Assembly (NCBI GenBank): GCA_041749335.1
Contig: JBGTBM010000007.1
Coordinates: 85,408 to 149,407, forward strand
From: Patescibacteria group bacterium
GTDB lineage: Bacteria; Patescibacteriota; JABMPQ01
Reading direction: 5' to 3'
Length of the DNA stretch: 64,000 nt
Shown: one piece after another, positions 40,948 to 52,157 of the stretch
Layout of the letters: each line of letters starts with the position of its first letter
How positions within the stretch are numbered: the first letter of the stretch is position 1
The notes under the pieces: model-generated
The model's database searches: none
The model's input: the letters and a program-made list of their open reading frames with translations, nothing else
Told to the model about the DNA's origin: nothing
Program-made: the position numbers and the translations under genes

Positions 40948-41873
40948 TAAATTATTCTTCTTTTACTAAGTTCGGGGCAAGTTTGGCAAAGCTTTACAAT
41001 ATTTTTACCATTATATTGCCTTTTCATAATTTTGCGGAAATTTTTCATTTTCTTACCATTCCAAACCTTCTTTACCCCAACTTCAAAAACATTGCCTAAA
41101 TTAATAGAACAATCAGCGTCATAGCAGCAGGGAGCGACATCGCCATTCCATTGAATGGTCATATGATACCAGGGCCGGATGCAATATCCGCTTTTTTCTA
41201 TCACTCTTTGATATTTTGGATTTTTTGGAATAATGTCTTTATATTTATCCTGTAATCTTTTATCTAAAAACCAGGCTGATTTTAAGCTTAGTTTATCTAC
41301 TTCAAGCTTTTTCGCCATTTGCTTAATATCTTCGACCTCATGCTCATTATGGCGCATAATAATAAATTGCAATTCAACTAAAATATTTTTGTCTTTTTTA
41401 GCACATAATTCTTTAATGCTTGCTATAACGGTTTCAAAATTACCGTTTTGGCGGTATTTCTCATATGTAGCTTTTGAAGCCCCATCTAAAGAAATCATAA
41501 TTTTATTAATTTGCGAGTCAATTAATTCGTCGATTTTTCCCGGTAGAAAATGAGCATTGGTGCTGGTGACAACCTTGATGCCTTTATTTCTGGCATATTT
41601 AATCATTTTAAATAAATCTTTGTTTAAAAAGGGCTCTCCATAATTCCAAAGCATCACCATTTCTAAGCTTTTTTTGCACTCATCTATGATCTTTTTAAAA
41701 TTATCGAATGTCATATAACCCTTCGGTCTTTTTAAAATACCGCAGCCGGTAGGGCAGCCAGGACATTTAAGATTACAAATGTTGGTTGGTTCAATCAGTA
41801 GATTCGAAGGTAGGCCAAAAGACGTTTGGTTTTTTAAATATTTATTTATTTTTATAAATATTTTATTAAGCAT
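40947..41873 (-). CDS. Radical SAM/SPASM domain protein
   Basis: CNLKCPGC, GEPFLN, C..PW...W.GDV.PCCYD...C..C. Confidence 0.9.
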   Translation of the reverse strand: MLNKIFIKINKYLKNQTSFGLPSNLLIEPTNICNLKCPGCPTGCGILKRPKGYMTFDNFKKIIDECKKSLEMVMLWNYGEPFLNKDLFKMIKYARNKGIKVVTSTNAHFLPGKIDELIDSQINKIMISLDGASKATYEKYRQNGNFETVIASIKELCAKKDKNILVELQFIIMRHNEHEVEDIKQMAKKLEVDKLSLKSAWFLDKRLQDKYKDIIPKNPKYQRVIEKSGYCIRPWYHMTIQWNGDVAPCCYDADCSINLGNVFEVGVKKVWNGKKMKNFRKIMKRQYNGKNIVKLCQTCPELSKRRII

Positions 41874-41941
41874 ATATCTAATATTATTTTATTATCTATA
41901 ACAATAAATTGTTAAGTCGTCTATTTGAATACAAATATAAT

Positions 41942-43678
41942 TTATGATTTATAAAATAAGTTATACCATAAATGAAAATGTACATATCTGCTTCCAGGAT
42001 AAGCTAATTCATTGTTTATATTCAATAGATCCCTGTTTACTTTATATGAATTAAATAAATTATTTATATAGTTTTTATTGGTACTATTAATAGCGGGTAT
42101 ATTCACTCTAGGCGGAATATTTTTGTTTTGATCATAGGTAGAAGGAATTTTCATTATTGATGGGTTAATATTAAATAATATTTTTTTATATAAATTTATT
42201 TTATTTTTATACTGATGGGGAATGGACAGGGTAAAATTTATAAGATCATTATCAAGGAAAGGAAGATAACTCTCTCTTTTTGTTAGAAGAATTGAGTTGG
42301 GAGCTAACGATATTGCTCGTCTCGTGCGGTTTTTTAAAAAGTAATAAGTTATTATATTGTTTTTATTTTTAATAAATTTTAGTTCGGATAAAATGGAACT
42401 AATAATATTTTTATTAATTAGTGTTTTAATGTCATCCTTGAACATCTTGGAAATTAAATTCGAATTAATATCTTTCAGGTTACCCTTTTTATTTAATAAG
42501 TTATCTACTAATAAATTATAATCTTTATTTTTAATAAAATTATCAACCTCGGATTGTCTTATAAAATTTTTACCAAAAGTCACGTCTCCAGCTATTCCAT
42601 CGAAGTTATATTTATAATTTGCTAAATCTTCTACTAATGGCATCATCCATAGATGCTGATCAGTTATACCATCTAAAATATTAAACCATTTTAGATAATA
42701 ACTTTTATATAAATTATTGGGTAAAGGAATAAATTTATGTTTAAAATTTAATAATTTGGCAATATTTTTTGCAATAATTTCGTCTTCTCTAGAACCAAAT
42801 TCATTTAGAGATGTAAATAAGGATAGGTTGGTTCGAGTGAAAAATTTTATTATCATTGATATGCATCTCGAATCGTATCCACCACTCAATAAACAATCTG
42901 CCCTTTTTAAGTTGTTACAACAGCGTTTAACTGCTTGTTTTATTAAAAATGATCCTTTGTCAACTAAATAATCTTCATTTAGATTATGAGACTCGATAAT
43001 ATCATCATACGTCCAGTAATTTATTATTGAAAATTTATTATTTTTATATTTCAAAATTGAAGCGGGGGGTAAAACTAATATATTTTTAAAAAAAGTATTA
43101 TTTCCATTTATTGATCCAAGATACATAAAATCTGACCAGGCCTTCCAATCTATTTCCCTTTTTACTTTTTTGTTATATGTGATTGATTTTATTTCAGAAG
43201 CAAAAATAAATGAACTATTATTCTTATAAAAATATAATGGTCTAAAGCCATAGCGGTCGTTAAATATTAGTAATAAATCTTTAAAATTATCATAAATAAT
43301 AATATTAAAAATGCCATTGAGTCTTTTAATAAAATTTTCGTTATATTCAATATATAAATTTAATATATATTCATTAATAGAAAAATTATTCGAAAATTTA
43401 TATCCTTTTTTAATTAATAAGTTGACATCATCATGAAAATTCAACAAATATCCAGAAAAAATTACACAAATAGATTTATCTTTATTCCAAAATAATTTAT
43501 TTTTATAATTAATTGAATTAATTTGGCCAATGCCGCAAATATTATTTGCAAAAATTGAAATATTTGGGCTTTGGGCGTGGTTCATTAATTTGCTCATTTC
43601 AATAAGACTGGAATGTTTTATTTCCTTTTTTATATCTCTATCAAAAATACCGCAAATTTTTGTTGTTTCTGAAAACAT
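41942..43678 (-). CDS. Asparagine synthase-like protein with degenerate glutaminase domain
   Basis: DRYGFRPLY, FASEIK, LSGGYDSR, PFLD; no N-terminal Cys or RGPD. Confidence 0.8.
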   Translation of the reverse strand: MFSETTKICGIFDRDIKKEIKHSSLIEMSKLMNHAQSPNISIFANNICGIGQINSINYKNKLFWNKDKSICVIFSGYLLNFHDDVNLLIKKGYKFSNNFSINEYILNLYIEYNENFIKRLNGIFNIIIYDNFKDLLLIFNDRYGFRPLYFYKNNSSFIFASEIKSITYNKKVKREIDWKAWSDFMYLGSINGNNTFFKNILVLPPASILKYKNNKFSIINYWTYDDIIESHNLNEDYLVDKGSFLIKQAVKRCCNNLKRADCLLSGGYDSRCISMIIKFFTRTNLSLFTSLNEFGSREDEIIAKNIAKLLNFKHKFIPLPNNLYKSYYLKWFNILDGITDQHLWMMPLVEDLANYKYNFDGIAGDVTFGKNFIRQSEVDNFIKNKDYNLLVDNLLNKKGNLKDINSNLISKMFKDDIKTLINKNIISSILSELKFIKNKNNIITYYFLKNRTRRAISLAPNSILLTKRESYLPFLDNDLINFTLSIPHQYKNKINLYKKILFNINPSIMKIPSTYDQNKNIPPRVNIPAINSTNKNYINNLFNSYKVNRDLLNINNELAYPGSRYVHFHLWYNLFYKS

Positions 43679-43698
43679 AATAATTTTAAATAATAGAT

Positions 43699-45579
43699 TT
43701 AAAAATATATTTTAAACCACAACTCCAATGTTAATAAATTCCAAAAATTATTTCCTAAGTTTCTTTCCTTTTCTAAATGACTTTTAAAATAATCTTCTAG
43801 TTTATCTTTTTTAAAAATACTGCAGACAAAAGAATTATTTCCCATAATAATGTCTTGCAGATAATCTTTTAATTCACCTCTAAACCATTCATTGACCGGA
43901 ATGCCAAAGCCCATTTTCTTTCTATGAATTATTTGATCGGGCACAATTCCTTGAATTATTTCTTTCAAGAAATGCTTGGTATTATAACCTTTAAGTTTAT
44001 GTTTTATATCCAATTGCGCACATAATTCTACTAATTCATGGTCTAAGAGTGGAACTCTGCCTTCAATTCCATGAGCCATAGAAGCAATATCAAGCTTAGT
44101 CATTAAGTCATCCGGAATAAACGAGTAATAGTCTATATAAAAAATTTTATCTAATTCGTGTTCAAAAAATTTATCTTTAATTATTCGATTATAAAAATTG
44201 TTTGAGTTCTCTAATACTTTATCAATAAACTCTTGCTTTAAATAATTACTTTTTTGCTCTTTATTTAAATAAGCTCGGAAATTAAAAAACGCAGATTCGG
44301 AATCATTTGATAGCTGGCTGATAAATTTATCATCGAGGGCCAGGAAATTTGTTTTTAATATATTATTAAAATATAGATTATTTAATTTTGTGCAAAATTT
44401 ACGTAAAAACTTGGGATATTTTTGGATAAGGTTGAGATATTTTTGTTTTATATAATAACTATAACCGCCAAAGTCTTCATCTCCGCCTTCGCCACACAGA
44501 GAAACAGTTATATGTTGGGAGGCATATTCGGATAAATTATATAAAGGTAACATTGATGAATCTCCGAAGGGCTCTTCATAGTATTCCACAATTTTTTCCA
44601 GATCGGAAAAAGAGCTGGGCTTGAGGTAAAGTTCATGGTGTTCAGTCTGATATTTATCGACAATTAATTTTATGTATTTACCTTCATCATATTTGGGCAC
44701 TTCGGACCTGATAGAAAATGTTTTGATCGGCTTGTTTGAATTCATGGCCATATAATGAGCAACTAAGCTGCTATCAATACCTCCGCTTAAAAAAACTCCC
44801 AATGGCACATCTGAAATCATTCTTAATTTAACTGATTCCTCAATTTTTTCTAAAAAAATGTTCTTTAGGTCTTTTGGGTGGAAAGCTAACTTATTATTGA
44901 AATCAAGATCCCAATATCTTTTTATTTCAAATTTATTATTATCTAAATTTAAAATAAAATAATGGGCTTGGGGGAGCTTGTAAATATTTTTAAATCCGGT
45001 TCTGGGGTGGGGAACATATGAAAAAGATAAATAGTCATAAATGGCCTGGTAGTCAATTTCCTTTTTTACCTCAGAGTTAACCAAAATTGCTTTAAGTTCA
45101 GAGGCAAAAATGAAATTATTATTATCCAGATAATATTTAAGTGGCTTTACTCCCAACCGGTCTCTGGCGCCCCAGACAATGTTTTTTTTCTTGTCGTAAA
45201 TTACAAAAGAAAACATTCCTCGTAATTTTTTAAGGGCTTCGTATCCATATTTATCATATAAATAGATAATAACTTCGGTATCGGTTTGGGATTTAAATTT
45301 ATATCCGTGACTTTGTAATTCGTTACGCAACGCTTTGTAATTGTATATTTCTCCATTAAAAGTAATAACTATTTTGCCATCTTCGGACTTCATTGGTTGA
45401 TGACCAAGAGGCGATAGATCAATAATGGATAATCTTTTGTGCCCCAGTCCAATATATTTATCAATAAAAATACCTTCATCGTCTGGACCGCGGTGATTGA
45501 TTTTTTCCAGCATCAGCTTAATGTCTTGCTGCAAAATTGGAGTACTATCTAATTTTATCTTACCGGCAATGCCGCACAT
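43699..45579 (-). CDS. asnB: Asparagine synthase (glutamine-hydrolysing) family amidotransferase
   Basis: MCGIAG, HRGPD, RLSIIDL, NGEIYN, LSGGIDSS, GEGGDE. Confidence 0.93.
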   Translation of the reverse strand: MCGIAGKIKLDSTPILQQDIKLMLEKINHRGPDDEGIFIDKYIGLGHKRLSIIDLSPLGHQPMKSEDGKIVITFNGEIYNYKALRNELQSHGYKFKSQTDTEVIIYLYDKYGYEALKKLRGMFSFVIYDKKKNIVWGARDRLGVKPLKYYLDNNNFIFASELKAILVNSEVKKEIDYQAIYDYLSFSYVPHPRTGFKNIYKLPQAHYFILNLDNNKFEIKRYWDLDFNNKLAFHPKDLKNIFLEKIEESVKLRMISDVPLGVFLSGGIDSSLVAHYMAMNSNKPIKTFSIRSEVPKYDEGKYIKLIVDKYQTEHHELYLKPSSFSDLEKIVEYYEEPFGDSSMLPLYNLSEYASQHITVSLCGEGGDEDFGGYSYYIKQKYLNLIQKYPKFLRKFCTKLNNLYFNNILKTNFLALDDKFISQLSNDSESAFFNFRAYLNKEQKSNYLKQEFIDKVLENSNNFYNRIIKDKFFEHELDKIFYIDYYSFIPDDLMTKLDIASMAHGIEGRVPLLDHELVELCAQLDIKHKLKGYNTKHFLKEIIQGIVPDQIIHRKKMGFGIPVNEWFRGELKDYLQDIIMGNNSFVCSIFKKDKLEDYFKSHLEKERNLGNNFWNLLTLELWFKIYF

Positions 45580-45833
45580 AAAGATTAATTTAAATCTAAT
45601 TTATGGTTTTAATGATATATGATATAAGGAAATATATAAATAATAAATTTATAAAATCAAAACCATTAAAAAAACAAATATCGCATTTGATATTATCTAG
45701 GCTTTCAATTATTTTATTTTATGATTTATACCCCAGCTCTTTAAAGAATAGATGTACAACTTTAAAGAGTTCATTAAATACATTAGTTAAATATCCTTTA
45801 TGGACGTAAACTTTGATTGTCGCTTAATTATTA

Positions 45834-46625
45834 TTACCTTGTAAATAGGATGGTTCCAGTCGATTTGTGATTTTCATGTTTATTAAAATAGTCAACCTTA
45901 AACCCAGTTCGTACTAAAAATATTTTTAAATTACTAATATTATAATTGTTATTATCTAAATTGTGATATTCAAGAACTATTTGATTTATTTTTTTTAAAA
46001 TATTATCAGGAGTATTAAGTAATATCTTATATTCTGCGCCTTCACAATCTAATTTTAATAGATCTAAATAATTAACATTTTCTTTTATAAAAAAATTTTC
46101 TAAAGATATTGTTTTAATTTTAAAATATAAATCCGCTTTGTTGGTATAGATGTTATGACCCCCAGTATTTTTAAAATTTATATATAATATTTCAGAGTCT
46201 TCGCTAGAAACACCCATCTTATATGATTTAACATTTTTAAGTTTGTTGGTTTTTATATTCTTTTTTAATAGTTTATAATTCCATTTCATTGGCTCAAAAC
46301 AATATATATTACCTGTTTTTACAATTTGTGAAATTTTTAAAGCAAAACAACCGATTTGTGCTCCGATATCAATTATATTTGAATTTTTGTTAATTTTTAG
46401 TTTATCAAATGGATATTCGTTAGAATAAAAAATTTCGCTAATTATATATTCGTCAGTTGTTTTATTTCTATATCTAATTTTAATGCCATCAATATTTTTG
46501 TATCTAATAAAGATATTGGGATGGTTAAGTAATATATTTTGATATTTCCAAGGAAGTCTTTGTTCAAACAGGACAGCTTTAAATAAAGAAGTAGATTTAT
46601 TACTATAGTTATTTAAGGATTTCAT
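45834..46625 (-). CDS. FkbM family methyltransferase
   Basis: IDIGAQIG, FEP, LKLDCEGAEY, EYH. Confidence 0.9.
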   Translation of the reverse strand: MKSLNNYSNKSTSLFKAVLFEQRLPWKYQNILLNHPNIFIRYKNIDGIKIRYRNKTTDEYIISEIFYSNEYPFDKLKINKNSNIIDIGAQIGCFALKISQIVKTGNIYCFEPMKWNYKLLKKNIKTNKLKNVKSYKMGVSSEDSEILYINFKNTGGHNIYTNKADLYFKIKTISLENFFIKENVNYLDLLKLDCEGAEYKILLNTPDNILKKINQIVLEYHNLDNNNYNISNLKIFLVRTGFKVDYFNKHENHKSTGTILFTR

Positions 46626-47762
46626 TTAGATGCTATTTAATAATTTAATAAAATTTATGGCAATATCACTCCACTGGAAATTTTTCGCAGTCAATCTTGC
46701 ATTGTTGCCAATTTTTATAATTAAATCTTTATTATTAATTAGAATTTTAATTATATTATATAATTCGTAATAATTTTTTGTCGGAACTATAAAACCGTTG
46801 AAATTATTTTGGATTATGTCTGCTACACCGGTTTTATTAGAAATGATAACTGGCAAAGCGCATGCCATTGCCTCGGAAGCAGTTAAACCCCAGCCGTCAA
46901 GCAATGACGGAAGGGTAAAAATATCATGAGTCTGATAGAGTTTGAGTAATTCCTGGTCACTTACGTCTTCTCGTATATTAACTCCGGGAATTTTTATATC
47001 TTTAATGTTATGGCTTAAAATTGTTAATTCAATATTATATTTATTTTGTAAAAGTTCATATGCCTTAAGCAGATAGGAAAGGCCTTTACGAGTTGCGCCA
47101 TTGCCGGCAAAAAGAATTCTAAATTTATCATCATCAGGTTTATATTTTGCGGGTTTAAAAAAATCTGTATCAGTGCCATGCGGAAGAACCATAATATTAT
47201 TTTTAGGCCAGCCTTCTTTTATACAATTATTTTTAATGATTTTGGAAGGAACGATAACAAATTCATTTTTTGATTTTGGACGGTATAAATTATTCACTAA
47301 AATTCTTTGTTTATAATCTTCAGGATTGTCCCAAAAAACATTTTCTTTATATTTATAAGGTTTTTCATTCTTTAAAATATCCATAGAAGTATCGGATTCG
47401 TCATGCCCCATAAATATTAGAAATTTTACTTTTTTTATGCGGCAAATAAATCTAATCAATGGCACTAATGATTTACTTTGATAAATACTTTTACTTACCA
47501 AGCCAAACACATCAGGGGGACAAATAAAAAATTTAATTAAATCAATTATTTGTTTAAGGCCAGATCTAAAAATGAATATATTTTTTTGGAGGGAGTAGGG
47601 GGTGGGCGGTTTTTTTGATAATTTAATTATATTGAAACCTTGATTCTCCAACGATTTGATTAAATTATAAATAACTAAATATTCAGATATTTTATTTTTA
47701 AATATATTGTTCTGAATTTTTAATAAATGGGGCCAATAATAATGATAAAAAGCTATTTTCAT
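46626..47762 (-). CDS. Glycosyltransferase family 4
   Basis: RKG, PSLLDGWGLTASEAMAC; ATG 47762 preferred. Confidence 0.88.
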   Translation of the reverse strand: MKIAFYHYYWPHLLKIQNNIFKNKISEYLVIYNLIKSLENQGFNIIKLSKKPPTPYSLQKNIFIFRSGLKQIIDLIKFFICPPDVFGLVSKSIYQSKSLVPLIRFICRIKKVKFLIFMGHDESDTSMDILKNEKPYKYKENVFWDNPEDYKQRILVNNLYRPKSKNEFVIVPSKIIKNNCIKEGWPKNNIMVLPHGTDTDFFKPAKYKPDDDKFRILFAGNGATRKGLSYLLKAYELLQNKYNIELTILSHNIKDIKIPGVNIREDVSDQELLKLYQTHDIFTLPSLLDGWGLTASEAMACALPVIISNKTGVADIIQNNFNGFIVPTKNYYELYNIIKILINNKDLIIKIGNNARLTAKNFQWSDIAINFIKLLNSI

Positions 47763-47763
47763 A

Positions 47764-49608
47764 TTATAAATAACACCCTCCCTCCCTTTCAATTTTCCTT
47801 TTGTATATTATTTGTGGAAGCATAATAATATTTCTAATATATGAAATTATATAAAGTAGGGGATTTCTACTTTCTTTGGGTAACTTAAAATAATGTTTGA
47901 AAGAAACATATTTTATTAGTTTTAATAAATTTTTATTTGGATCTTTTAAAAATCTCCTGATTTCATTGCTACAGAATAGAAAGTACATTTTATAAAACAT
48001 ATAATTCTTTTTCTTGGCACTGGTTTTAAAGCCATAATGATAAATTATGCTTTGTGGTACGAGGTATAGATCAAATCCATGGAATCTGGCTCTTTGACAC
48101 CAATCATACTCTTCCTGATAACAAAAATATGCACGGTCAAATAATCCTACTTTTTCTAATGCCTTTCTTTTAAAAAGGATCGTGCATCCGACTAATTTCC
48201 CCGTGGTTTTTGCTTTGGCGTTTTGTTGATCTGATAATTCCAAATGAGAGGGATTATTAAATCCCTTCATCGGCCCTTGAATGTATTTTCTGTCTCCGCT
48301 AAGAATTAATGGTCCCATCGCTCCAGCAGCAAAATTATTTTCGCCAATCTGCACTAATTTATTCAGCCAATTTGGATCAACTTCGGTATCATTATTTATT
48401 ACTGCGATATATTCAGCATTATGACGATATGCATATCTTAAACCCTTATTATTACCACCAGCATATCCTAAATTTTTATCAAGTTTTAATATTTCTATTC
48501 CAGGAAAATTATTTTTTGTATATTGAATGCTTTCGTCGGTGCTATTATTATCTACTAATAAAATTTTATAATTTTGATAATCCGTCGTTAATAAAGAGGG
48601 AATGCACTTTTTTAACCATTCCAGCCCGTTATAATTAAGTACAATAATATAAACTAAGGGATCAATCGTTTTAATATTATTATCGTAATCTTTATCCAAT
48701 TCATTTTTTCTATTTTTTGAATGGTAAATTTTCATTACTTGCTCATGCAACTTGCGGCTTATTTGATCCATTAATTCTTTATTTTCAATAAAATTATCAT
48801 AATGAGCATTGTTGAATTTTGTTAAATCTTTTACTGGTCTCTTACCGACGATTTTAAATCCCATCTCGATAAATTTCTGCTTAATCATTTCTCTTCCCAT
48901 ATTTTCGTTTTTTCCACTTTCGGTTCTTCTTGTATCTTTAATATCTCTATTATCAATATGGTAAACTATATTTTTCATTTTCTTCGTTTTGTTGTTCAAA
49001 AAAGCTTCCAGCCGGTACATTAATTCCAGGTCTTGCCCTCTAAGGCCAGCAAAAAGTATTTTATCGAATCCGCCAATTTTAAAATAAATATTTTTTAATA
49101 TAATTCCAGTACCTGATAAAGATACGCCTTCATATTTTTTACTAAAACCCATGATGTGATATTTTTCCAGACGATAAATATTATTAATTATATCTTTTTC
49201 GGTAACATCGTATTTAAGATGAATTCTTTTGCCGACCACAGCATGAAATCGCTTGCTTCTTCCGGGAAAACTGATCCACCGATACATTTTTTTTAAAGTA
49301 TCAGGGAAAAGGACTATATCGCAATCCATAAATAAAAGATATTTACCTTGGGCGTTCCTGGCCCCCATATCTCTAGCCGCGGCCGGGTTAAAGAGATTTT
49401 CGGGATTTTCCCTTTTTAGATATTTTATCGGGAAGTATTCGCTAAAACTTTCAGTAATTTTCTTTGTTTTTGAAGAAGTTCCGCCATCGTCACACACCAA
49501 AACATCAAAGTTTTTATAAGTTTGATTGATTAAGGAAGATAAAGTTTTTCTTAAAAAATCATCTCTATTATAAGTCGGGATAATTATTGAAATATTTATC
49601 TTATTCAT
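47764..49608 (-). CDS. Two-domain glycosyltransferase family 2
   Basis: Two GT2 modules (IIPTYNR/CDDGG and VLNYNG/VDNNSTD/NNDT). Confidence 0.9.
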   Translation of the reverse strand: MNKINISIIIPTYNRDDFLRKTLSSLINQTYKNFDVLVCDDGGTSSKTKKITESFSEYFPIKYLKRENPENLFNPAAARDMGARNAQGKYLLFMDCDIVLFPDTLKKMYRWISFPGRSKRFHAVVGKRIHLKYDVTEKDIINNIYRLEKYHIMGFSKKYEGVSLSGTGIILKNIYFKIGGFDKILFAGLRGQDLELMYRLEAFLNNKTKKMKNIVYHIDNRDIKDTRRTESGKNENMGREMIKQKFIEMGFKIVGKRPVKDLTKFNNAHYDNFIENKELMDQISRKLHEQVMKIYHSKNRKNELDKDYDNNIKTIDPLVYIIVLNYNGLEWLKKCIPSLLTTDYQNYKILLVDNNSTDESIQYTKNNFPGIEILKLDKNLGYAGGNNKGLRYAYRHNAEYIAVINNDTEVDPNWLNKLVQIGENNFAAGAMGPLILSGDRKYIQGPMKGFNNPSHLELSDQQNAKAKTTGKLVGCTILFKRKALEKVGLFDRAYFCYQEEYDWCQRARFHGFDLYLVPQSIIYHYGFKTSAKKKNYMFYKMYFLFCSNEIRRFLKDPNKNLLKLIKYVSFKHYFKLPKESRNPLLYIISYIRNIIMLPQIIYKRKIEREGGCYL

Positions 49609-50359
49609 ATTTTTGACATACTAAACATATTCTACGCGCATTAATTTCTTCAGCTAGTAAAAAATGTTTTTTGTAATATTTATAAATATAATTTAATGAT
49701 TTTCGATGATTTAATATATAATACTTATTTGATAATGCTTTGGCGATGTATCTAATTATTTTAGACCTTTTATTTAGAAAATAAACTTCTTTAATCTTAA
49801 AATAACCTTTTAAGTATTTTTTTAATAATGTTAAGTTAAAATGTTGATAATGATGATTATCAACCGGTTCATTTGTACTGGGGACGCTTAAAATTAATAA
49901 GCCGTTTGAATTAATCAAATTATATATAGCCCGGATGAATTGATTTATCTCTTGAGGTTTAATATGCTCAAGAGTTTCTATTAATGTTGCAATATCAAAG
50001 GTGCTGCCAGCATGCTTGTCGTCTGTGATATCTTTATTAATAAAATTAATTTCAGGTGTAATAGCGCTGGCCATTTTTATCGCTCTTTGTGAATAATCAA
50101 TTCCAGAAAGAATCTTGCCGGGTATTCTTTTATTTAATTCATTTAAAAATTTTCCGTCACCGCAGCCGATATCAATAAGTTTAGTAAAATTTATATTTTT
50201 AAGAATGTTTAATATAAATGTAATATAAGCCGAATACTCATAACCCCATTTAATATATTTATTTTGAGAAAAAAAATTATCTGAAATTGTAATTAAATGA
50301 TGATATGGAAATCCATATTTATTCTCTTGAATTGCTTGTGGTTTATCAAGTTTAGCCAT
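49601..50359 (-). CDS. Class I SAM-dependent methyltransferase
   Basis: IDIGCGDG, GIDYS, ETLEHI. Confidence 0.88.
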   Translation of the reverse strand: MAKLDKPQAIQENKYGFPYHHLITISDNFFSQNKYIKWGYEYSAYITFILNILKNINFTKLIDIGCGDGKFLNELNKRIPGKILSGIDYSQRAIKMASAITPEINFINKDITDDKHAGSTFDIATLIETLEHIKPQEINQFIRAIYNLINSNGLLILSVPSTNEPVDNHHYQHFNLTLLKKYLKGYFKIKEVYFLNKRSKIIRYIAKALSNKYYILNHRKSLNYIYKYYKKHFLLAEEINARRICLVCQKYE

Positions 50360-51278
50360 TTTTTCTTATATGGGGAGTAAAATAATTTTTATTATGATCA
50401 TATAAATGTAATCTTTTTCTGAGAATTTTGCTTATATTTTTAATTCTTTCATTATCTTTAAGCAAACAATCATAAAAGCCTTCCTTTTCCTTTATTTTAT
50501 CTTTGGCGGGCTTATGGTCTAAGTTTATCATTCTAAAGTCCATCATATGCAATTTTTCTCTGATTAATTGCTTGGCGATATTTTTTCTTTGAATGGCAAT
50601 GATATTTCTTTTGTTGCGGTAAGCATCATTATCCAAGTGGTAAACTTGAAGTGGTAGAGTTTTATGACTGATATTTAGAAATCCCTCTAATCTTTTTATA
50701 ATATCGGTATCACCAAGTTGCAAACCTTGAAATAGTATTTCATCAAACCCGCCAATTTTGTTAAAAATATTTTTATAAATTAACCCCATGCAGCCAATAG
50801 AGACGCTATTCGCATAATAATTAATATGGTATTTTTTTAAATCAGAAAAATTTGTATTTATGAGATCGTTAAAAAAATTATCATAGATGTAGAGCCTTGA
50901 AAATGGTGTAATGAAATATTTATTTTTGCGGTGGGGGAGGAGTGTGAGCCAACGGTACATTTTTTCAATCCCATTTTTGGGAATCAAAATATCGTCATCC
51001 ATAAATAATAAATATTCAGCTTGCGCTTTTTTTGCGCCATAATTTTTTGCCTGCGCCCAGCAATATCCGCCCCGATCTTTACACCAAAAATATTTAATAT
51101 TTATTTTTGGTTTAAATTGCTCAACTAATTTATCCGTATCAGAATTTCCACCATCGTCACACACCAAAACCTCAAAATTATTTTTATATGATTGAGTATT
51201 TAAAGAGATTAGAGTTTTTTTTAATAGCCCATTTCTATTTCTAGTCGCTATTATTATGCTCAGTTTAATATATTTCAT
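50352..51278 (-). CDS. Glycosyltransferase family 2
   Basis: IIATRNR, CDDGG, FMDDD, GGFD. Confidence 0.88.
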   Translation of the reverse strand: MKYIKLSIIIATRNRNGLLKKTLISLNTQSYKNNFEVLVCDDGGNSDTDKLVEQFKPKINIKYFWCKDRGGYCWAQAKNYGAKKAQAEYLLFMDDDILIPKNGIEKMYRWLTLLPHRKNKYFITPFSRLYIYDNFFNDLINTNFSDLKKYHINYYANSVSIGCMGLIYKNIFNKIGGFDEILFQGLQLGDTDIIKRLEGFLNISHKTLPLQVYHLDNDAYRNKRNIIAIQRKNIAKQLIREKLHMMDFRMINLDHKPAKDKIKEKEGFYDCLLKDNERIKNISKILRKRLHLYDHNKNYFTPHIRKNG

Positions 51279-52156
51279 TTATTGGTGCTATTGGCTAATT
51301 TTCTGCTAATATTATTAATAAATATTTTATTAGCAAGTAAATCTTCATAATATTTTTCAGAATGATTGATTAAGTCTTTTTGGGGACGATATTTTTTTTC
51401 ATACAGAAAACCCAAGTTAATAAATTTTTGTTTAATAAGGTTTTTTATCGAGTTAATATTTTTGCGCGCGTTATTATCTCTGGCTTTAAATTCGCTATAA
51501 TGGTTTAGATGATAGACTTTAAAAGGTAAAATCTTTCTTTTATTGTTCAAAAATCCCAATAAGCGGGCTCCCAATTCAATATCTTCATATATCCTACCGA
51601 CAAAAAGGATGTCGTCAAATCCTCCGATTCTTTCTATAATACTTTTATGAAATAATCCGATTGTACTTATACTTAAATTGCCCTTGTAAATTTTACCTTT
51701 TTCGTCTTTCTCAATATATTTATTAATATTTATTAAATTATTTTGGATGATGCCTAAGGGAATATTTTTTTTAACATGAATTCTCTCAATCGGAGTTACA
51801 TGAAATTTTGATTTTCGATAATTGTATTTTGCTATCCATCCATATAAGTTTCCAATGCATTTGGGAGGAAGTATGATGTCGCTGTCTAGGAACAGTAAAT
51901 AATTGCCTTGAGAATTATTCCATCCAATATTTCTGGCTGTTGCGGGACTCATTCCGCCTCTATCTTTATTCCAAAAATATTTAATATTTAAATATTTACG
52001 ATAACTTTTAATTATTTTGTCGGCTTTAATTTTTCCTCCATCATCGCACACCAAGACTTCAAAATCTTTATAGGTTTGATTAATTAAAGCTGTTAGGCAT
52101 CTTTTAAGATATTCATTTCTGTTTCGTACGGGTATTATAATAGATATTTCTGGCAT
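51275..52156 (-). CDS. Glycosyltransferase family 2
   Basis: IIPVRNR, CDDGG, FLDSD, EDIE. Confidence 0.88.
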   Translation of the reverse strand: MPEISIIIPVRNRNEYLKRCLTALINQTYKDFEVLVCDDGGKIKADKIIKSYRKYLNIKYFWNKDRGGMSPATARNIGWNNSQGNYLLFLDSDIILPPKCIGNLYGWIAKYNYRKSKFHVTPIERIHVKKNIPLGIIQNNLININKYIEKDEKGKIYKGNLSISTIGLFHKSIIERIGGFDDILFVGRIYEDIELGARLLGFLNNKRKILPFKVYHLNHYSEFKARDNNARKNINSIKNLIKQKFINLGFLYEKKYRPQKDLINHSEKYYEDLLANKIFINNISRKLANSTNK

Positions 52157-52157
52157 A

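Noticed and set aside
45603-45809. 68-aa plus-strand ORF
   Set aside because: AT-rich intergenic ORF opposite the operon direction, no motifs.
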